Source of the DNA: Candidatus Xenobia bacterium
Lineage (GTDB): Bacteria > Vulcanimicrobiota > Xenobia > Xenobiales > QWHO01
Reading direction: 5' to 3'
DNA: 59,734 nt
NCBI GenBank assembly: GCA_045863235.1
Contig: BTUM01000048.1
Coordinates: 1 to 59,734 of the forward strand
Shown here piece after piece: positions 54,489 through 59,734 of the stretch; position 1 is the stretch's first letter; each line of letters opens with the position of its first letter. A program made the translations under genes and the position numbers. The notes beneath the pieces were generated by a model. It made no database searches, was not told the DNA's origin, and saw only the letters and a program-made list of their open reading frames with translations.

Positions 54489-55070
54489 TTAGTGATCTAA
54501 CAAACCCTGGTGGCTGGAGTACTTCGGGAAGTCAGAGGGAGTACCGCTCCCCATGTGGTTGTGCCCGGTGCACTGAAGCGTGAAACAGGACCGGATGAAG
54601 CTGTATTTCCCTCCCAGCGGGCAGGGCTGCTGCTGCTGGGAGGCCCGGCCCCAGGAGGATGCTCGAGCGACGGCCTGCAGCTCTTCGAGCCGCTTTTCGC
54701 ACTGCTTGTACTTGCTTGCATCCCTACCTTCGAAGCCGCCGTGACCGTGACTGCAGTGGACGACCCCGTCTTCGAGCTTGAGCTCGGCGCTGGCATAACC
54801 AGCCGAATAGGTATCGCGCTCGGCCCCAGGACAGTTCGGGATGGTCTTCAAGTAGTTCGGAGTCAGTGCTCGCAGGCTGGTCGGGTAGAAACCATCGTTG
54901 TCGGCGGCGTAAAACTTGAGCGACGTGGCCAGATCAAAGAGGCGACCGCGACAGTGCATGAGCTTGCTGCGGGATTTGGCCCGCATGTGGTTTGGGTACA
55001 GGATTGCTGCCAGAACCGCCACGATGGCCAGAGCGACCAGCAGCTCGATCAGGGTAATGCCTCGCTTCAA
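54489..55070 (-). CDS. Prepilin-type (GspG-like) protein
   Basis: KRG|ITLIELLVALAIVAVLAAILYP; Cys-rich body. Confidence 0.88.
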   Translation of the reverse strand: MKRGITLIELLVALAIVAVLAAILYPNHMRAKSRSKLMHCRGRLFDLATSLKFYAADNDGFYPTSLRALTPNYLKTIPNCPGAERDTYSAGYASAELKLEDGVVHCSHGHGGFEGRDASKYKQCEKRLEELQAVARASSWGRASQQQQPCPLGGKYSFIRSCFTLQCTGHNHMGSGTPSDFPKYSSHQGLLDH

Positions 55071-55669
55071 GCGCGCTCCTTTCTGAGCCAGAGCTCGGCG
55101 GTCAGCAGGCTGATCAGCCAGCCGGACCAGCTCAACACCGGGTAGATGGTCTCGAACTCAAGACCTGCTTGCTGCAGGCCGTTGAGCAGCAGGCGGAAGA
55201 CCACCGCTCCGTAGGTCAACCCGTAGTTGCGCACCATCCAGGCGCGGTGGGCGGCAAAGTGCCGCAAGCGGGCCTGACGTAAGGCCTGCCAGGCGGTGGC
55301 CAGCCAGGCCAGGGCGAGGGCCAGGAAGCTAAGCTTTGAGACGGCGCCGCCCTCGGCCATGAGGGCCATGGGGAGGGCAGTGGTGGCCGCGCCCACGACT
55401 GCAAGCAGGTAGGCCTGGCCCAGCCAGCGGTGCAGGCGGGGCAGCTTGCGCAGCCAGGGCCAGAACTGGAACGGGCCCAGGCAAAGGGCCAGCGAGGCGG
55501 TCAGGCCGTGCACCACGATGAGGCCCAGGTGGCGGGTGTACTTGTCCCGGAAGAGGGGGTCGAAGTCGCGCGGGTCGCCGGTGACGTAGGGCACGGCGTA
55601 GCCGGCCGCCTGGAAAGCAAAGAAGAGCAGGGCTGCCCAGATCACCGCGCGCTGTGTCCGATCCCCCAT
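55067..55669 (-). CDS. DUF2306-like membrane protein
   Basis: H......LGPFQF..LR..P.LHRWLG..Y and AHRAWMVRNY motifs. Confidence 0.85.
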   Translation of the reverse strand: MGDRTQRAVIWAALLFFAFQAAGYAVPYVTGDPRDFDPLFRDKYTRHLGLIVVHGLTASLALCLGPFQFWPWLRKLPRLHRWLGQAYLLAVVGAATTALPMALMAEGGAVSKLSFLALALAWLATAWQALRQARLRHFAAHRAWMVRNYGLTYGAVVFRLLLNGLQQAGLEFETIYPVLSWSGWLISLLTAELWLRKERA

Positions 55670-55930
55670 CGCAGGAAGGTTCGCTGTGGCGGGGGGGGGA
55701 GCCTGCGGCCCGCCCGGGTGCCACGGGTCAATGAGCGGCCAGCTCGCGCTCAGGGCGCACTCGATCGGGGATGTTGCCTTTGGGTCGTTCTCGAGGTTGG
55801 ATTGCCCACCCGGGCGCCTGGAGTCCTGGGTCCGAGCTGACCTCCGGGAATCTTCCGCTACCCCTAGACGACTCGGGGTGCTCCTGGTATAAGTAACTTC
55901 CCCAAGGCCAATCCTCTGGGACTGAAACTG

Positions 55931-56140
55931 ATGAATCAGATGCAGTCCGAGGCGGAGACCGAGCCCGAGTTGACCGGTGAGCAGATCGAGCAGTTGGCCG
56001 AGGAGAGGGCGGTGCGAGCCGACCAGATCGCCAATGAGCTGCACGCGCTGGCCGAGGTGCCGGGCGACGCTCCCCCGCCAGGGAGCATGTTTGAGAAGTG
56101 GTCCAAGTGGGCCCAGGAGAACCCGGAGGAGGGGCGGTAG
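55931..56140 (+). CDS. Small acidic hypothetical protein
   Basis: 69-aa ORF followed by a terminator hairpin. Confidence 0.55.
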   Translation: MNQMQSEAETEPELTGEQIEQLAEERAVRADQIANELHALAEVPGDAPPPGSMFEKWSKWAQENPEEGR

Positions 56141-56158
56141 CGCCTCTGACCCCCGCCG

Positions 56159-56193
56159 AAAAAAGCCGAGAGCATCCAGCTCTCGGCTTTTTT
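56159..56193. terminator. Bidirectional intrinsic terminator
   Basis: AAAAAAGCCGAGAGC-ATCCA-GCTCTCGGCTTTTTT between convergent genes. Confidence 0.85.
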
Positions 56194-56200
56194 CTTCGGG

Positions 56201-59200
56201 TCAGTAAGCGGCCAGCTCGCGCTCGAGGCGGGCGAGGTAGCTCTTGAGGTCGGGCAGCTCGCGATCGGGGGCGCGCTCGATGGCCTGACGCAGGGTCTTC
56301 ACCGCATCGGGGATGTTGCCCAGCTTGTGGCAGGTCGTGCCCAGATCGCGGTAGATGGTCCAGTTGTTGGGGTCGTGCTCGAGGGCGCGGCGGAAGATGT
56401 GGGCCGCCTGGCCCAGGTTGCCCACGCGGGCGTGCACGCGGCCCTCCATCCAGTAGAAGGAGGCGGCCCGCTCGGGGAAGATGCCGGCGGCGCGTCGGAA
56501 GGTCTCGATGGCCTCCTCGGGCTGGTCGGCCTTGCGCTGGGAGCGTCCGAGCCGCTCGTACAGGTCGGGGCGGGTGGGGGCGTGGCTGATGGCCTGGCGC
56601 AAGATCTCGGAGGCCTCGCCGAAGCGACCCTCTTCCCCCGCCAGGTCGGCCAGGGTGGCCAGAAAGTCGGCATTGCGAGGCTCGGAGCTCAGGGCCTTGA
56701 GCACCAGCTCGCGGGCTTTGGGCAGCTGGTGGCGGGCCAGGTGCACCCGGCCCAGGCCGTGCAGCGCCCGGGCGTCGCGCGGGTCTTTCTGCAGGGCGGC
56801 GCTGAACACTTCGGCGGCGCGGGCAGGCTGGTGGGAGGCCAGGTAGCTCATGCCCATCTCGACGTAGGCCTCGCTCATCAGGCGGGTGTCTTCCAGCATT
56901 CCCAGCTTGCTGCCCAGCTTGCGGAAGGAGTTGACCGCGTCCTGGTGGCGTCCGGCCTGGGCGTAGGCCCGAGCCAGGTAGAGGTGCATCAAGTGCAGGT
57001 TAGGATCGAGATCCAGCGCCTTCTGATAGGACGAGATGGCCATGTTCGAGAGACCCTGGCGGGCGAAGGCCTGGCCCAGCATGCCGTGAGCCTGGGGGTC
57101 GCCGGGCTTCTTGGCGATGGCCAGCTTGAGGCAGGCCACGGCGGTCTCGTTGTCGCCCAGCTCGAACTTGAGCATGCCCATGGCCTTGGGATAGTCCGGG
57201 TTCTGCCCGTCGAGCAGGGCGGCCTTGCGCAGCTCCTCGGCGGCCAGATCATACTTCTTGGCGCAATAGTAGGCCATGGCCAGGTCTTCGCGGTACTCGG
57301 GGTCGACCTTGTGCAGCTCGACGGCGCGCTGGTACTCCTCGATGGAGCGGTCGGTGTAGTTCTTCTTGAGATAGAGCCGGCCCAGCCGGTTGTGCATGGC
57401 AGCCGAGGCCGGGTCGAGGCGCACCACCTCCTCGAAGTGGGCCAGGGCGCGGTCGAGGTCCTGGGTCTGCAGGTAGAGCTCACCCAGGCGCCGGTGAATC
57501 TGCAGGTCTTGAGGATGAAAGTCGAGCGCCTTCTCCAGCTCGCGCAGGGCTCGGGGCAAGCTGCCGTGGCGCTCGTAGACAGCGGCCAGGCAGACGCGGG
57601 CGTCGCGATTGCCCTGATCGAGCTCGAGGGCCCGGGAGAGCTCGTTGATGGCCAGGTCCTCCCGGCCCTGGGCCTGATAGAGGGCTCCAAGGTCGGCGTA
57701 GAGCGAGGCGTTGTCCTGGTTGTGGGCGATGGCAGAGCGAAGAATCTGCTGGGCGCGATCGGCCTTGCGGGCCTTCTGGTAAAGCCGGGCCAGCAGCGAA
57801 GCGGTGTGGGCGTCCTCAGGATCGGCCTCGCAGGCCATCTCGAGATAGGGGATGGCCTCCTCGGGACGTTCGCCCCCGGCCAGCATCAGGCCGTACTGGC
57901 GGTTGGCCTGCAGATTGCGCGAATCGGTGCGCAGCACGCGGCGGTACTGATCGACCGCTTCGGCCACCCGCCCCTGCTCTTGCAGCAGGAAGGCCAGCCG
58001 GCAGCGAGAGTCGGCGTCGGCGGGGGTGCGGCGGAGCACCTCTTGCAGGCAGGCGATGACCTCCCCGAAGAGCTCCTGACGCTGGAACAGGTCGGCCAGA
58101 GCAAGGTAGGGCTCGTTGGAGTCGACCATGACCTCGATGGAGCGCTGCAGGGCGGTGTGGGCGGAATCATACTCGGCCAGCTCGGTGAAGGCCCGGCCCA
58201 GGTGGAGGTGGGCCTCGCCCAACTCGGGATTGCGGCTCAGGGCCTGCTGCAGGTCGAAGACGGCCTGCTGGAAGCGGCCCGCTTCCAGGGCCTTGAGGCC
58301 GGCCGCCAGGTGGGTCTTGGCCTCCTGGTCGATCTTGAAGTAGGACTTTTGCTGCAGCTCCATGCCGCAGGTCTGGCACAGCTCGGCCCCGCTCTGGTTC
58401 TCGGCCCCGCAGCGCGAGCAGATGACGGCCGCCACCGGGGCGGCAGGAATGTCGACCGGACGGGGCGGCTCCACCTTCTGGTAGAGCGGGCCCTGGTTCT
58501 CCTTGGCCTCCAGCAGCCAGGAATCGGAAGCGACCGCTGGCGACTGGCCGAACTTGACGAAGTTGGAGGGCGGCATGAAAGCCAGCGGGCTCTCCTGCTC
58601 GGCCACCGGGGGCTGGGGCTCGAGCGAGCGGAAGTCGATGGCCCGCGAGACGGGGGGAGCGCCGTCGGCGAAGGTGGCCCCAGGCGGGGGCGACCAGGGG
58701 GCGATAGTGGGCTCGGCGGGTTTGACGGGGGGCTTGTCGGGCTCACCCTTCAAGAAGAGCTCGAGTTCGGCGATCATTTCGTCCACGGTGGCGTAGCGAG
58801 CCTCGGGCTGCTTGCGAAGACACCGGCTGACCATCAGCTCCAGGGCCGGGGCCAGGGTGGGGACGACCTCGCGAGGATTCCGAGGGGGAGCATCGATCAC
58901 TTTGCGGATCATCTCGGCCGGATGGTTGGCCATGATGGGCAGCTCGCCGGTCAAAAGCTCGAACAAGATGACACCCAGAGAGTAGATGTCGGTGCGGTGG
59001 TCGGCAGGAGAGCCCATGGCCTGCTCGGGAGAAAGATAGGCCGGGGTGCCCATGGTCTGGCCGGCATCGGTGAGCGAATGGCTGTCCTCAAAAAAGGCCA
59101 GGCCGAAGTCCATGACCTTGACGACCCCTTCGGGGGTGACCATGACGTTGTCAGGCTTGAGGTCGCGGTGCACCACCCCGCGCGAGTGGGCGTACTTGAT

Positions 59201-59584
59201 CCCCTCGAGCACCTGCAAGAACAGCCGCAAACGTTTCTCGAGCTCGGCCTGATTGGCGGGTGCGCCCTGCAGGAACTCGCCCAGAGTGCGCCCGGCCACG
59301 AACTCCATGACGATGAAGTGGACGGTGATGGGCTTGCCCAGGTAGGTCTCGGGCTGCTGCTCGATGGTGTGGATGCGCACGATGTGCGGGCTGTCGAGCT
59401 TGGCGGCGGTGCGAGCCTCGCGCAGGAACCGGTCGATGGCCTGCTGGGTCAGCCGGGCGGGGTGCAGCGTCTTGATGGCCACGGGACGCTCGAGCAGAGG
59501 GTCGAGGCCGTGGAAGACGATGCCCATCCCGCCGCTGCCCAACTGGTCGATGACCTGATAGCGGCCGTAGTAGAGATCAGACAC
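56201..59584 (-). CDS. Ser/Thr kinase with zinc ribbon and long TPR array
   Basis: LGSGGMG, VAIK, HRDLKPDN, DFG, GTPAYLSPE; CSRC...CQTC; many TPRs. Confidence 0.95.
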   Translation of the reverse strand: MSDLYYGRYQVIDQLGSGGMGIVFHGLDPLLERPVAIKTLHPARLTQQAIDRFLREARTAAKLDSPHIVRIHTIEQQPETYLGKPITVHFIVMEFVAGRTLGEFLQGAPANQAELEKRLRLFLQVLEGIKYAHSRGVVHRDLKPDNVMVTPEGVVKVMDFGLAFFEDSHSLTDAGQTMGTPAYLSPEQAMGSPADHRTDIYSLGVILFELLTGELPIMANHPAEMIRKVIDAPPRNPREVVPTLAPALELMVSRCLRKQPEARYATVDEMIAELELFLKGEPDKPPVKPAEPTIAPWSPPPGATFADGAPPVSRAIDFRSLEPQPPVAEQESPLAFMPPSNFVKFGQSPAVASDSWLLEAKENQGPLYQKVEPPRPVDIPAAPVAAVICSRCGAENQSGAELCQTCGMELQQKSYFKIDQEAKTHLAAGLKALEAGRFQQAVFDLQQALSRNPELGEAHLHLGRAFTELAEYDSAHTALQRSIEVMVDSNEPYLALADLFQRQELFGEVIACLQEVLRRTPADADSRCRLAFLLQEQGRVAEAVDQYRRVLRTDSRNLQANRQYGLMLAGGERPEEAIPYLEMACEADPEDAHTASLLARLYQKARKADRAQQILRSAIAHNQDNASLYADLGALYQAQGREDLAINELSRALELDQGNRDARVCLAAVYERHGSLPRALRELEKALDFHPQDLQIHRRLGELYLQTQDLDRALAHFEEVVRLDPASAAMHNRLGRLYLKKNYTDRSIEEYQRAVELHKVDPEYREDLAMAYYCAKKYDLAAEELRKAALLDGQNPDYPKAMGMLKFELGDNETAVACLKLAIAKKPGDPQAHGMLGQAFARQGLSNMAISSYQKALDLDPNLHLMHLYLARAYAQAGRHQDAVNSFRKLGSKLGMLEDTRLMSEAYVEMGMSYLASHQPARAAEVFSAALQKDPRDARALHGLGRVHLARHQLPKARELVLKALSSEPRNADFLATLADLAGEEGRFGEASEILRQAISHAPTRPDLYERLGRSQRKADQPEEAIETFRRAAGIFPERAASFYWMEGRVHARVGNLGQAAHIFRRALEHDPNNWTIYRDLGTTCHKLGNIPDAVKTLRQAIERAPDRELPDLKSYLARLERELAAY

Positions 59585-59646
59585 GCAGGGTTTCTTTCCA
59601 CGCCGAGCAGTCTTTACCCCTGTCAGGAAGGGCCGCTCTCCCTACG

Positions 59647-59734
59647 AAAAGAGCGCGGCCCTGGGGCCGTTCCCCAAGTAAAAGAGCGCGGCCCTGGGGC
59701 CGTTCCCCAAGTAAAAGAGCGCGGCCCTGGGGCC
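59647..59734. repeat. Perfect 33-bp tandem repeat running off the window edge
   Basis: AAAAGAGCGCGGCCCTGGGGCCGTTCCCCAAGT at 59647, 59680 and 59713 (partial). Confidence 0.9.

Overview
GC-rich bacterial chromosomal window with about 50 genes. The gene style suggests Ca. Eremiobacterota/Vulcanimicrobiota, but that is an unverified inference. Housekeeping genes (rlmN, fmt, def, priA, argA, an RluA-family synthase, an ATP-dependent DNA ligase, an AmpG-like permease) are mixed with minor pilins, two Ser/Thr kinases, CHAT/TPR/ankyrin proteins, peptidoglycan hydrolases and many hypotheticals. I found no rRNA, tRNA, true CRISPR array or intact transposase. Main signal: five otherwise unrelated, dispersed hypothetical proteins end in the same gap-free 18-aa motif [VI]-x6-[VT]-x-[VI]-G-[GA]-x2-[VL]-[RKQ]-[KRQ]-[RK]. 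Four of them, plus a 7-repeat propeller lipoprotein, share a promoter: CTTT(C/A)(A/G)G box with an 11-bp-pitch partner, N10, (T/C)AnnnT, then the start codon 6-8 nt later. Together this suggests a co-regulated set of tagged substrates for an uncharacterised export or targeting pathway. Also seen: a duplicated double-SOS-box promoter cassette (one copy before an HNH gene, one orphan), a CTAG-associated REP/MITE family between convergent genes, a degenerate ArgRS-like protein next to argA, a sigma54-type promoter before a small aromatic-rich protein, and five intergenic tandem-repeat arrays.
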